NCBI GenBank assembly: GCA_964547375.1
Contig: CAZJMW010000002.1
Coordinates: forward strand, 1-44,445
Length of the DNA: 44,445 nt
Reading direction: 5' to 3'
Origin: an uncultured Dehalococcoidales bacterium
GTDB lineage: Bacteria > Chloroflexota > Dehalococcoidia > Dehalococcoidales > UBA5627
In this document: positions 35,198 through 43,141 of the stretch, piece by piece
Position numbering within the stretch: position 1 is the stretch's first letter
Layout: each line of letters starts with the position of its first letter
The notes under the pieces: model-generated
What the model was told of the DNA's origin: nothing
Databases searched by the model: none
The model's input: only the letters and a program-made list of their open reading frames with translations
Translations under genes and position numbers: made by a program

Positions 35198-35664
35198 GTG
35201 ACCGTGCCAGAATTTTAATCATAACGGTGGTTAAGAAGGGTTTGGGTGATACTGTCATTGAGTCTTCTATAAAAGCCGGAGCTGAGGGTGCGACTCTGAT
35301 ATACGGGAGAGGAACAGGTATTCATGAGAGGAAGAAAATTATGGGTGTTTCTCTCGAGCCGGAAAAAGAGATTGTGCTTTCAGTCGTTTATCGAGACCAA
35401 GTGGATGAAATTATTAAGGAAATCACTGATTCTATTGACCTTGAAAAACCGGGCGCCGGTATTGCATTTACGCTTCCCTTAGACCGGGTGGTTGGCATTT
35501 CACACAGTTTATTAGATGAGGGTGAATTGGAAACGAATGAAGAGAAGGATGCCCCCGATTCAGTCGAAACAGATAGTCCTGCCGGCGAGGCTGCTCAGAG
35601 CGGAGATAAAAAGACAGATACTCCACCTGATGGAAATAGTTCGGAAGAAGCACAAGGCTATTAA
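35194..35664 (+). CDS. PII (GlnB)-like signal-transduction protein with a ~55-aa acidic low-complexity tail
   Basis: The ATG overlaps the upstream stop (ATGA). ILIITVVKKGLGDTVIESSIKAGAEGATLIYGRGTG...KEIVLSVVYRDQVDEIIKEI...GAGIAFTLPLDRVVGI follows the PII ferredoxin-like beta-alpha-beta pattern. The tail is DEGELETNEEKDAPDSVETDSPAGEAAQSGDKKTDTPPDGNSSEEAQGY. Confidence 0.78.
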   Translation: MSDRARILIITVVKKGLGDTVIESSIKAGAEGATLIYGRGTGIHERKKIMGVSLEPEKEIVLSVVYRDQVDEIIKEITDSIDLEKPGAGIAFTLPLDRVVGISHSLLDEGELETNEEKDAPDSVETDSPAGEAAQSGDKKTDTPPDGNSSEEAQGY

Positions 35665-35873
35665 CACTGCCTGATAATTTATAATCATTATGCGGTGATA
35701 CATTGATATTATCACTAAAAAAGTATTTATCTAAATCGCTGCATACGGTCAGGCAGTAAACACACAGGGTTGCCGTTGATTACTTCAGCGGATACCGGGC
35801 TCTGTAACTTGTCGTTATATTATTACAAATAGTGATTTTACCGGTGTCATGGTCTGTCCGTATCTAAAATATA

Positions 35874-35902
35874 TTGACAGGTTTAAATATTGCCTTTATA
35901 AT
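35874..35902 (+). promoter_or_regulatory. Consensus sigma-70 promoter upstream of mgtE (TTGACA-17 nt-TATAAT)
   Basis: The -35 TTGACA is at 35874..35879 and the -10 TATAAT at 35897..35902. Both hexamers are perfect consensus with the optimal 17-nt spacer. Confidence 0.55.
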
Positions 35903-35907
35903 CCTTA

Positions 35908-36045
35908 CAGAAGTGGAAATAAAAATGAAAAGCAAATCAGACAAAGAACCCGATAAACGACAGGAAATTACCGTTTCAGTTCAATGGGTAAGGCCGGGGG
36001 TTGCCTTGTAACAGGCATTTACGGCCAAGCGGAGGTTTTATAGAA
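35908..36045 (+). promoter_or_regulatory. Candidate cis-regulatory leader RNA of mgtE (class unknown)
   Basis: A ~140-nt untranslated leader lies between the consensus promoter and the intrinsic terminator. It contains local hairpins (aaggc...gcctt, tgcct-tgtaac-aggca). I could not find the M-box conserved blocks. Confidence 0.35.
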
Positions 36046-36074
36046 CCTGCGTCCCATCGGACGCGGGTTTTTTT
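36046..36074 (+). terminator. Intrinsic terminator (attenuator) immediately upstream of the mgtE start codon
   Basis: The stem is CCUGCGUCC (36046..36054) / GGACGCGGG (36059..36067), 9 bp including one G-U pair. The loop is CAUC and a run of 7 T follows (36068..36074). It ends 9 nt before the TTG at 36084 and 27 nt before the ATG at 36102. Confidence 0.72.
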
Positions 36075-36101
36075 ATTCTGACATTGGAAAAGGTGCTGCC
36101 G

Positions 36102-37445
36102 ATGGAAGAGATGAATATTGAAGCCTTTAAGGAATTACTGGCAGAAAAGAATTATAAGCTTTTACGCCAGAAACTACTGGAAAGCGAGCCGGAGAATATC
36201 GCCGAGCTGCTTGATAGCATCCCCGATAACAGGGCAGTAATTGTGTTCCGCCTGCTGCCCAAAACCCTGGCAGTGGATGTTTTTGATTATATGGACAGTT
36301 CACTGCAGAACCGTTTGCTGGAGTCTTTTTCAGACCAGGCAGCGCGTAATTTCCTTGAAGCCATGCCTCCGGATGACCGCATCGAACTTTTAGAGGAAGC
36401 CCCGGCAAATGTTGCCCGCAGGCTTTTGCAGATATTATCTCCCGAACAACGGCGTCTAACTGTTCATTTACTTGGCTACGAGGAAGATACTGCCGGCCGT
36501 GAAATGACGCCTTACTTTGTCGACCTGCATGGTTTTATGACTGTGGAACAGGCACTGGAAAGAATTCGTGAACTTGCCATAAACAGAGAGACCATCTATG
36601 TATGCTATGTGATGGACCGCGGACGTCATTTAATAGGTACTATATCTCTGCGGGATTTGGTTACTGCCGATCCCCAGTCCAGAATATCGGATATTATGAC
36701 TCCGGAGCCGCTTTTTGTCTATACCAATACCGACCGTGAAGAAGTTGCCAAAATACTGCGCGAACGTGAGTTGATTGCTATTCCGGTAGTCGATGCGGAA
36801 GAGCGGCTGGTTGGTATTCTTACTTATGATGATGTCGTGGATATTATCGAAGAGGAAACCACCGAAGATATTTACCGCTTCGGCGCCGTTGCCGGTACGG
36901 AAAGGAGTTATTTTACCAGCCGTATACTGGATGTGGTAAAAAGCCGAGCCGTGTGGCTGTTCCTGCTGATACTGGTGAATATGCTTACCGGCTCCATTAT
37001 TGCCGGGCAGGAAGCATTACTGGGTGAAATGGTGATACTGGCGGCTTTTATCCCGCTGCTGATCGGCACCGGCGGCAACGTGGGCGCGCAGTCGGCCACC
37101 GTTGTCATCCGCGGACTGGCCACCGGGGAAGTGAATCCGAAAAAGGCTATGGCGGTTATCGGCAGGGAATCGCTGGTAGGTATCGTGCTCGGGCTGGCGC
37201 TCGGTGCGGCGGTACTGCTGCTGGCCTATATTTTAGGGCGGGATATAATAGTCGCCGCCGTAGTGACCTTTACACTGGTAGTAATTTCAGTGATAGCCAC
37301 TATTGTCGGCGGCGCCTTACCTTTCGTTTTCCGCCTGGTAAAACTCGATCCCGCCCTGGTTTCCGCACCCTTTATAAGTACCGTTATGGATATATTCGGG
37401 GTTTTTCTCTATTTCCTGGTGGCAAATATTATGTTTACTCTCTGA
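36102..37445 (+). CDS. mgtE: Magnesium transporter MgtE
   Basis: It has the MgtE N-domain, tandem CBS domains (GTISLRDLV..., VGILTYDDVVDII) and a C-terminal TM domain with the GGNVGAQSATVVIRGLATGE signature. I chose the ATG at 36102 (AAAGG 9 nt upstream); the track's TTG at 36084 directly follows the terminator T-run and has no RBS. Confidence 0.92.
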   Translation: MEEMNIEAFKELLAEKNYKLLRQKLLESEPENIAELLDSIPDNRAVIVFRLLPKTLAVDVFDYMDSSLQNRLLESFSDQAARNFLEAMPPDDRIELLEEAPANVARRLLQILSPEQRRLTVHLLGYEEDTAGREMTPYFVDLHGFMTVEQALERIRELAINRETIYVCYVMDRGRHLIGTISLRDLVTADPQSRISDIMTPEPLFVYTNTDREEVAKILRERELIAIPVVDAEERLVGILTYDDVVDIIEEETTEDIYRFGAVAGTERSYFTSRILDVVKSRAVWLFLLILVNMLTGSIIAGQEALLGEMVILAAFIPLLIGTGGNVGAQSATVVIRGLATGEVNPKKAMAVIGRESLVGIVLGLALGAAVLLLAYILGRDIIVAAVVTFTLVVISVIATIVGGALPFVFRLVKLDPALVSAPFISTVMDIFGVFLYFLVANIMFTL

Positions 37446-37454
37446 AATGTTTAA

Positions 37455-38204
37455 CTACTTTTTTGAGGCATACCAGTATTCGATGGCTTTGGTAAAAAAT
37501 TCCGGGAAGCTCTGTTCGTATTTTTCAAAGAATTTGGCAAACTCGGGGTGTTGGCTATAGGTCTGCCCCAGTCCTAAAACGGCTTCATCCGAATAGTGCG
37601 AGAAGTTCTCCAGCCAGTTTCGCCATTTGGTTACCAGTTCCTGTACCTCTTTGCTGTCGTAACCCTTCGACATATTGTCGCTGATGGCTTTAAAAATGGC
37701 TCCGCCTTCGTCCTGCAATGCCTTGAATTTCTCCTTTCCCATATTCATGACGCGCTCTTCGCTGTCTTTTAAGGTTTCTTCACCCCAGCGTTCCCGTACT
37801 TCACGACGGTACTTTTCAATTTGCTCGTCACTGAATCCTTCGTAGTATTCTTTAATCGGCATATCTGTTTCTCCCTTTAAATTTCTGATGGTTTTTTCAA
37901 TTGTGGCTATAAGCTCGCTAATACGCTCCGCTTTCTTTAAGAGCAGTGTCTTTTGTGATTGCAGCGCTTCAATCACATCAAAATCGGGGCTATTCATGAT
38001 TGTTTTTATTTCATCCAGCCCGAAACCCAGCTCGCGGAAGAACATAATCTGCTGCAGGCTTACAACCGCTGTATCGTCGTAATACCTGTATCCGTTTATG
38101 GTGCGGGACTTCGGTTTTAGAATACCCAGCTCGTCATAGTAGTGCAGTGTGCGTACGCTTATTCCGGCGATATCAGCCAGCTTTTTTACCGTGTAAACCA
38201 TCAT
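37455..38204 (-). CDS. MerR family transcriptional regulator with a TipAS-like C-terminal effector domain (Mta/TipAL type)
   Basis: The MerR HTH is YTVKKLADIAGISVRTLHYYDELGILKP...NGYRYY. The ~140-aa helical C-terminal domain ends in FPEFFTKAIEYW, typical of TipAS. Confidence 0.88.
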   Translation of the reverse strand: MMVYTVKKLADIAGISVRTLHYYDELGILKPKSRTINGYRYYDDTAVVSLQQIMFFRELGFGLDEIKTIMNSPDFDVIEALQSQKTLLLKKAERISELIATIEKTIRNLKGETDMPIKEYYEGFSDEQIEKYRREVRERWGEETLKDSEERVMNMGKEKFKALQDEGGAIFKAISDNMSKGYDSKEVQELVTKWRNWLENFSHYSDEAVLGLGQTYSQHPEFAKFFEKYEQSFPEFFTKAIEYWYASKK

Positions 38205-38210
38205 GCATTA

Positions 38211-38241
38211 ATAATAAACTATGACGTAACGTAATAGTCAA
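38211..38241 (-). promoter_or_regulatory. MerR-type promoter with a 19-nt spacer (TTGACT-19 nt-TATTAT)
   Basis: On the minus strand the -35 TTGACT is at 38241..38236 and the -10 TATTAT at 38216..38211. The 19-nt spacer contains ACGTAACGT. The -10 box ends 6 nt before the merR-family ATG, so the mRNA would be near-leaderless. Confidence 0.45.
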
Positions 38242-38390
38242 GTCGTTAATTGAATATTTATCTCTCTATTTGAGATAATACTGAAACAATTTTCGGGTAA
38301 AATATAAAATAATCCATTGCAAACGTTTATTATAAATATTAATATAGACTAATGGTTTTGCACTGTTGTTTATGCGGGGTTTTTTATTAG

Positions 38391-40181
38391 ATGGATACTA
38401 TTATTATAAGTATAGTAGTAATTATAGGTCTTGCCATATTATCTCAGTTGATAGCCTGGTTTACCAGGTTGCCATCGATATTGCTACTTATAATTGCCGG
38501 TATATTGGCAGGACCGGTATTCGGTTTATTCGACCCGCACGCTTTATTGGGTGATTTAATGGAACCGGTGGTGTCGCTGTCGGTTGCAGTGATACTGTTC
38601 GAGGGCGGCTTAAATCTAAAAATCAGCGATATCAAGCATACCACTCCGGTGGTGCTGCGTCTTATATCGGGCGGTGTGCTGGTAACATGGCTAATCGCCA
38701 CCCTCGGAGCTATCTTTATACTGGACATCGATACCAGCCTTGCCGTACTGCTGGGAGCGATTCTGGTAATTAGCGGCCCGACAGTTATCATGCCGCTTTT
38801 ACGTTACCTGCGCCCCGGGCAAAATGTATCCGCGGTATTGAAATGGGAAGGGATTCTTATCGACCCGATCGGCGCTATTTTAGCGCTTATAGTGCTTGAA
38901 ATCATACTGACGGGCAATTCTACGGGTGGTGCGGCGCTTCAAACAGCAGTCATTCTCTTAAAATCTATAGTATTCGGCGGCGCTCTGGGCGCGCTTGGTG
39001 CCTGGATAATGATACAACTCCTGCGGCGCCATATATTACCAGACCATTTACATATTGCAGCCACGTTAGGCATTCTGGCGGTTGTCTTTTTGGTTGCGGA
39101 GATTATTCAACTTAATGCAGGGCTGGTTTCTGCAATTGTAATGGGCGCCATAATGGCTAATCAGTGCAAAGCCGATATCAGCCACATTTTTGAATTCAAA
39201 GAGAACTTAACATTACTTCTGATTTCGTTTTTGTTCATTATTCTTTCCGCCGGTTTGGATTTATCGGCTTTTTCCGGGATAGCCTGGCAGCTGGTTTTAT
39301 TTGTCTTGATACTGATTTTGATAGCCAGGCCATTGGCAGTCTTTATCTCAGCGCGTAAATCAAAGCTTAAAACAAAAGAAAAGCTGCTTTTATCATCCAT
39401 TGCACCAAGAGGAATAGTGTCTGCCTCTATTGCCTCGGTGTTTGCTTTCCGCTTACTGGCTGACGGTTATTCGGGTGGTGAATTATTGGCGCCGGTTACA
39501 TTTGCCGTTATATTCGGAACCATACTTGCTTCCAGTATCATTGCCCCGTTGTTGATAAAAGGGTTGAAAATAAGCCAGATGAATCCGCAGGGTGTGGTCT
39601 TTCTGGGAGGGCAAATCTGGATTAGGGATATTGCGGCCATATTGGATGAGAAGGAAATTAAAACCCTCATCATCGATGGTAATAAGGCCAATGTAGCTTA
39701 TGCCAGGCGCAAGGGTCTGAATGCCGTTTATGCGGATGCATTGGCCGGAAGTTTTCTTGAAGATACCGATTTCAGCGACTACGGCTATTTTGCGGCTATG
39801 ACTGCCGATGATAACTACAATATATTAGTAGCTTTAAGGTTGAGTAAGTCATTCGGGCGTTCAGGTGTTTTCATTCTACCTACGCCGGACACTGCGTCCA
39901 GGGACCAGCAACAATTACAGCACCTGCCGGGACGGTTGCTTTTCGATAGCAGGGCGACCTATGACCGGATTGCGGAACTATATGAGAAGGGAAAAGTAAA
40001 GCTGATAACTCTTGATGAGGATATAGACAGGGCAAAATTTACGGACAAATTCGGAAAAGACAGCCTGCCTTTATTTACCATTGGTCCCAACGGGGGCTTA
40101 GCGGCAATAACTGCCGATAGCAAGCCTGAGTTTAAGAGCGGAACCGAACTGGTTGTACTGTCAGCCAATAAAACCGAATAG
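38391..40181 (+). CDS. Cation:proton antiporter (CPA1/NhaP-like) with a C-terminal RCK/TrkA-like cytoplasmic domain
   Basis: The ~400-aa polytopic Na+/H+ exchanger domain includes LFEGGLNLK, ISGPTVIMPLL and LKWEGILIDPIGAIL. The ~190-aa soluble tail is VVFLGGQIWIRDIAAILDEKEIKTLIIDGNKANVAYARRKGL... Confidence 0.85.
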   Translation: MDTIIISIVVIIGLAILSQLIAWFTRLPSILLLIIAGILAGPVFGLFDPHALLGDLMEPVVSLSVAVILFEGGLNLKISDIKHTTPVVLRLISGGVLVTWLIATLGAIFILDIDTSLAVLLGAILVISGPTVIMPLLRYLRPGQNVSAVLKWEGILIDPIGAILALIVLEIILTGNSTGGAALQTAVILLKSIVFGGALGALGAWIMIQLLRRHILPDHLHIAATLGILAVVFLVAEIIQLNAGLVSAIVMGAIMANQCKADISHIFEFKENLTLLLISFLFIILSAGLDLSAFSGIAWQLVLFVLILILIARPLAVFISARKSKLKTKEKLLLSSIAPRGIVSASIASVFAFRLLADGYSGGELLAPVTFAVIFGTILASSIIAPLLIKGLKISQMNPQGVVFLGGQIWIRDIAAILDEKEIKTLIIDGNKANVAYARRKGLNAVYADALAGSFLEDTDFSDYGYFAAMTADDNYNILVALRLSKSFGRSGVFILPTPDTASRDQQQLQHLPGRLLFDSRATYDRIAELYEKGKVKLITLDEDIDRAKFTDKFGKDSLPLFTIGPNGGLAAITADSKPEFKSGTELVVLSANKTE

Positions 40182-40216
40182 ACTTGCCAAGCTGCCAGCT
40201 CGATGCGTATCTATGC

Positions 40217-40927
40217 TCAATTAATCTCGTCTTCTTCTACGCGTACCGGAACCGGAACCGGCTGCTGTTTTCCGTGAGACCTGATAAGTTTAATCGATAT
40301 TACCAGCATCCAGATAAACCCGCTAATCAGCAGCAGGCGTTCGAAGACAGCCTGTAGCTGTGATTCGGGTGCTGCACCCCATGAAATAGCGAAAGTAAGG
40401 CACAGTAAAACGGTTAAAGCGGTATAAACCCAGTAGGATTTCCAGTGCGGGTCTTTCCTGAAATGGTGGGCAAATGCGATGCAACCGAGTATAAAAGTGG
40501 CGCTGATTACCCCGGCAATGGAATTATGAATAAGTCCCTGTATAGTCTGTCCGAGACCGCCGATTTCGGAAGGGAAAGCTGCTATCGCTAAGAAACCGAT
40601 ACTGGTAATCCCAAAGGAAGATGAACCTGTCAGAGCGCTGAACTTTTTACCGGTAATCGATACCAGCTTGATAACAAAAACGAACAGCACCAGTCCGATT
40701 AAAACAAAGGATACGGTTTGCAGCCAGCCCATTTCCCCGTGTACCAGGTCGCTAATTGTAGATAGAACCGGCAGGGACTGCCATTGAACTACGTCCAGAA
40801 CTAACAGAATTGCCAGAAATGAAAGCGGCCCGATGATTCCTACAGCACTAAGCAGGCGGCTATGCCTTATTTTATACCATATCGACGATGATTCTTTTTC
40901 ACCTGCTGTCTTTTCAATTTTATCCAA
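40217..40927 (-). CDS. Integral membrane protein (six predicted TM helices; possibly DUF998-like)
   Basis: The start is TTG. The hydrophobic segments are regularly spaced. The family assignment is from memory of the TISDL...GW pattern and is weak. Confidence 0.55.
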   Translation of the reverse strand: MDKIEKTAGEKESSSIWYKIRHSRLLSAVGIIGPLSFLAILLVLDVVQWQSLPVLSTISDLVHGEMGWLQTVSFVLIGLVLFVFVIKLVSITGKKFSALTGSSSFGITSIGFLAIAAFPSEIGGLGQTIQGLIHNSIAGVISATFILGCIAFAHHFRKDPHWKSYWVYTALTVLLCLTFAISWGAAPESQLQAVFERLLLISGFIWMLVISIKLIRSHGKQQPVPVPVRVEEDEIN

Positions 40928-41502
40928 TCGGTTAATTACCCCTTAGCGTTTTAAATCTATTTAATAGCCGTTTATATAAAATGGGGCGATAAGCCTGATA
41001 TCGGGTTCTGCGAACAGGTATCACGCTTATCGCTCCGGTGTAGTTGCAAAAACTTTAAACCCGGTTTAAATATACAATCCTATAATAAACCTGATAACGA
41101 TTATCTGTCTGTGACTTTTATCCCGGGTATAGAACTGCATCCCCGTATTCGATTATCAAATCATCTTGAAAATATCAGTGCAGTGTTACACGCTTCCATT
41201 TTCAGTATAAGGGGAATTACAGCTACAGAGTAAGGACTAATGGGGCAGGAAAATAGGCCAAAAGTACCATTTTTAAAAGGGGAGCTTATAATTATAAAAA
41301 AATGCGGCAAAGCCCTGAATATTCGATTAATGTTTATATATTTTATAGGTAAAATGGGTCGATTGTCAAAGAGATGGTGGTTTTAGCCGTGAAATATGAT
41401 AAATTAACGCCTTTAACTATCTTGAAAGAAAAAAACAAGCGGTTGTTCGGACTATCTAACCAATCAGCAGGCGGGATATAGCAGACCTAAAGGTATAAGC
41501 AA

Positions 41503-41865
41503 TTACTCGGATAGATCGTCAATTGCCTGTATAGCTAACTCAATTGCTTTTATTCTTCTTTCTAGAAGAGTTCTTTGGGGGCTGCCATTTTTGGCCTTAA
41601 TATAGGCAACTTTAATGATGGAGTGTAAATCGGAAAGAGTATTACGGGCTTCGGCTAAATTATATTGCTTGAAATGATGAGGTTTTTGGTTCCAAGCACT
41701 TTCCAGTACATATAAGCCTGTATAAAGGGCTTCGAGTCGTTTCTTCAGTAAGGTAGTACTCGAATCTTTACCGACCATACGAGCTAATGCTTTTTCGGAC
41801 TTATCGATTGTCGACTGCAGGGACTTTATTGATGCTATTTTATTTATATCAGATACATTTTCCAT
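41503..41865 (-). CDS. Hypothetical all-helical protein, 120 aa
   Basis: This is an intact ORF with helical/coiled-coil-like composition (KRLEALYTGLYVLESAW, LERRIKAIELAIQAIDDL). I do not recognise a family. Confidence 0.45.
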   Translation of the reverse strand: MENVSDINKIASIKSLQSTIDKSEKALARMVGKDSSTTLLKKRLEALYTGLYVLESAWNQKPHHFKQYNLAEARNTLSDLHSIIKVAYIKAKNGSPQRTLLERRIKAIELAIQAIDDLSE

Positions 41866-41950
41866 ATAATATTGTTCTTATTAACAATTTTAGCACGATT
41901 ACAGTCCGATACGTTTTTAAAAATCGTGATGTTTTTCGTGTGATGTGATT

Positions 41951-42026
41951 TGGTGGACCCGAGGGGGTTCGAACCCCTTACCTCCTGAATGCAAATCAGG
42001 CGTTCTCCCAACTGAACTACGGGCCC
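41951..42026 (-). tRNA. tRNA-Ala (anticodon UGC), CCA-encoded
   Basis: The reverse complement reads GGGCCCGTAGTTCAGTTGGGAGAACGCCTGATTTGCATTCAGGAGGTAAGGGGTTCGAACCCCCTCGGGTCCACCA. It shows a 7-bp acceptor stem with the G3:U70 alanine identity pair, the anticodon loop UUUGCAU, and the T-arm GGTTCGAACC. Confidence 0.93.
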
Positions 42027-42052
42027 ATATTGAGGTGTGATGACAATATAGT

Positions 42053-42082
42053 ATTATAGCAATGAAACGGGCTTTTTAGCAA
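42053..42082 (-). promoter_or_regulatory. Possible promoter of tRNA-Ala (TTGCTA-18 nt-TATAAT)
   Basis: On the minus strand the -35 TTGCTA is at 42082..42077 and the -10 TATAAT at 42058..42053, about 26 nt upstream of the mature tRNA 5' end. Confidence 0.35.
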
Positions 42083-42137
42083 TTTGAGGAGGCTGGTAAA
42101 GCTTATCGGTTGTTTTTGTAATGAATAACAATTCGAA

Positions 42138-42188
42138 GCCGCTTCCTTCGACAGGCTCATCCCAAGTATGGGGCAGGTGATGAACGGC
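42138..42188. repeat. Family C-related dispersed repeat
   Basis: gccgcttccttcgacaggctcatcccaagtatggggcaggtgatgaacggc shares the CCTTCGACAGGCTCA core with 21391..21430. Confidence 0.6.
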
Positions 42189-42295
42189 TCTGGTAGAATG
42201 TCAATCCGATTAACCGGAGTCCATAGTTATCCGGAAAGGGTATATGAGCGGAAGCAATCGAGATTGATTAAAATGCGGTCGTTTATAATCAGCCA

Positions 42296-43126
42296 CTAGC
42301 CGGCTAAAAGTCTTTTTATGTCCAGCAGGGCATCGATTGCGGCAAATTCTCCCTCTAATATGCACTGCTCGGCTTTCTTGAAATCGGTAAAGCTTATACT
42401 GGCCAGGCGTGGCTCGATGACGATATCAGCCCTTTCAAGGCTGATTGCCGATGACTGCGAGTTCACGATGCTCATGTAGTTCATCATAATGGTGTACATA
42501 TTCGGCTCTTTTGCTTGCGGTGAGTGGTACACTATGGCTTCGTCGAGATAGATGCGCTTCCTGACATCCGGCATGCGCGGAGATACGTTAACGGCAATTA
42601 CTATATCTGCACCCATACTTTTTACCACTTCTACCGGCACCTGGTCTACAATCCCGCCGTCAACCAAAAATCTCCCGTTGTGTTCACAGGCGGCAAAGAT
42701 GATGGGAACGGAAATGCTGGCTCTGACACCTTCCAGCACCGAACCCTTGTCGATAATCACTTCTTCGCCGGTCATAATATCCGTAGAGGTGCAGGCAAAG
42801 GGGATTTTCAGGTCGGAGAATTCGACATCCCCGATGTAGCCTCTCAAGAGTTCGATTAACTTCTTCCCGCCGATGAAACCGCTTTTAGGCAGCGCAATAT
42901 CGATAAGCTGCCATCTTTTCATCAGGTCGATTTCCAGCACCTCTTTTTTGATTTCGGCGGCGCTCATGCCCTTGGCAAAGAGCGCTCCCACTATTGCTCC
43001 GGCGCTGGTGCCGGCAATCATGTCGACGGGGATATGTCCTTTTTCCAGTATTTCGAGTACCCCGATATGAGCCAGCCCCCGCGCCGCCCCGCCGCCCAGT
43101 GCAATACCAATCTTTTTCTTACTCAT
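42296..43126 (-). CDS. Patatin-like phospholipase
   Basis: The oxyanion motif is GIALGGGAARGLAHIGVL, the nucleophile is GTSAGA and the catalytic Asp is VDGGIVD. A GAGGTGA RBS is present, and the gene lies 15 nt downstream of the HerA-like gene. Confidence 0.9.
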   Translation of the reverse strand: MSKKKIGIALGGGAARGLAHIGVLEILEKGHIPVDMIAGTSAGAIVGALFAKGMSAAEIKKEVLEIDLMKRWQLIDIALPKSGFIGGKKLIELLRGYIGDVEFSDLKIPFACTSTDIMTGEEVIIDKGSVLEGVRASISVPIIFAACEHNGRFLVDGGIVDQVPVEVVKSMGADIVIAVNVSPRMPDVRKRIYLDEAIVYHSPQAKEPNMYTIMMNYMSIVNSQSSAISLERADIVIEPRLASISFTDFKKAEQCILEGEFAAIDALLDIKRLLAG

Positions 43127-43141
43127 ATCTCACCTCGTGTT

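Noticed and set aside
35925-36011. 28-codon ORF in the mgtE leader as a regulatory leader peptide
   Set aside because: It has only a weak purine-rich tract (GUGGAAAUAAAA) before the ATG, no Pro- or other stall-prone run apart from a single RPG, and no comparative data. I mention it under the leader finding but do not annotate it.
35908-36045. M-box (ykoK) Mg2+ riboswitch upstream of mgtE
   Set aside because: This is what the context predicts, but I could not locate the conserved M-box sequence blocks by eye. I cannot run a covariance model, so I do not assert it.
38317-38345. TTGCAA-17-TAATAT as the antiporter promoter
   Set aside because: In such AT-rich DNA, near-consensus hexamers arise easily by chance. 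I mention it in a finding but do not list it as a feature.
41866-41950. Hairpin cacgatt-21 nt-aatcgtg downstream of tRNA-Ala as a terminator
   Set aside because: The stem is only 7 bp, the loop is large, and there is no convincing U-tract on the minus strand. The evidence is too weak to annotate.
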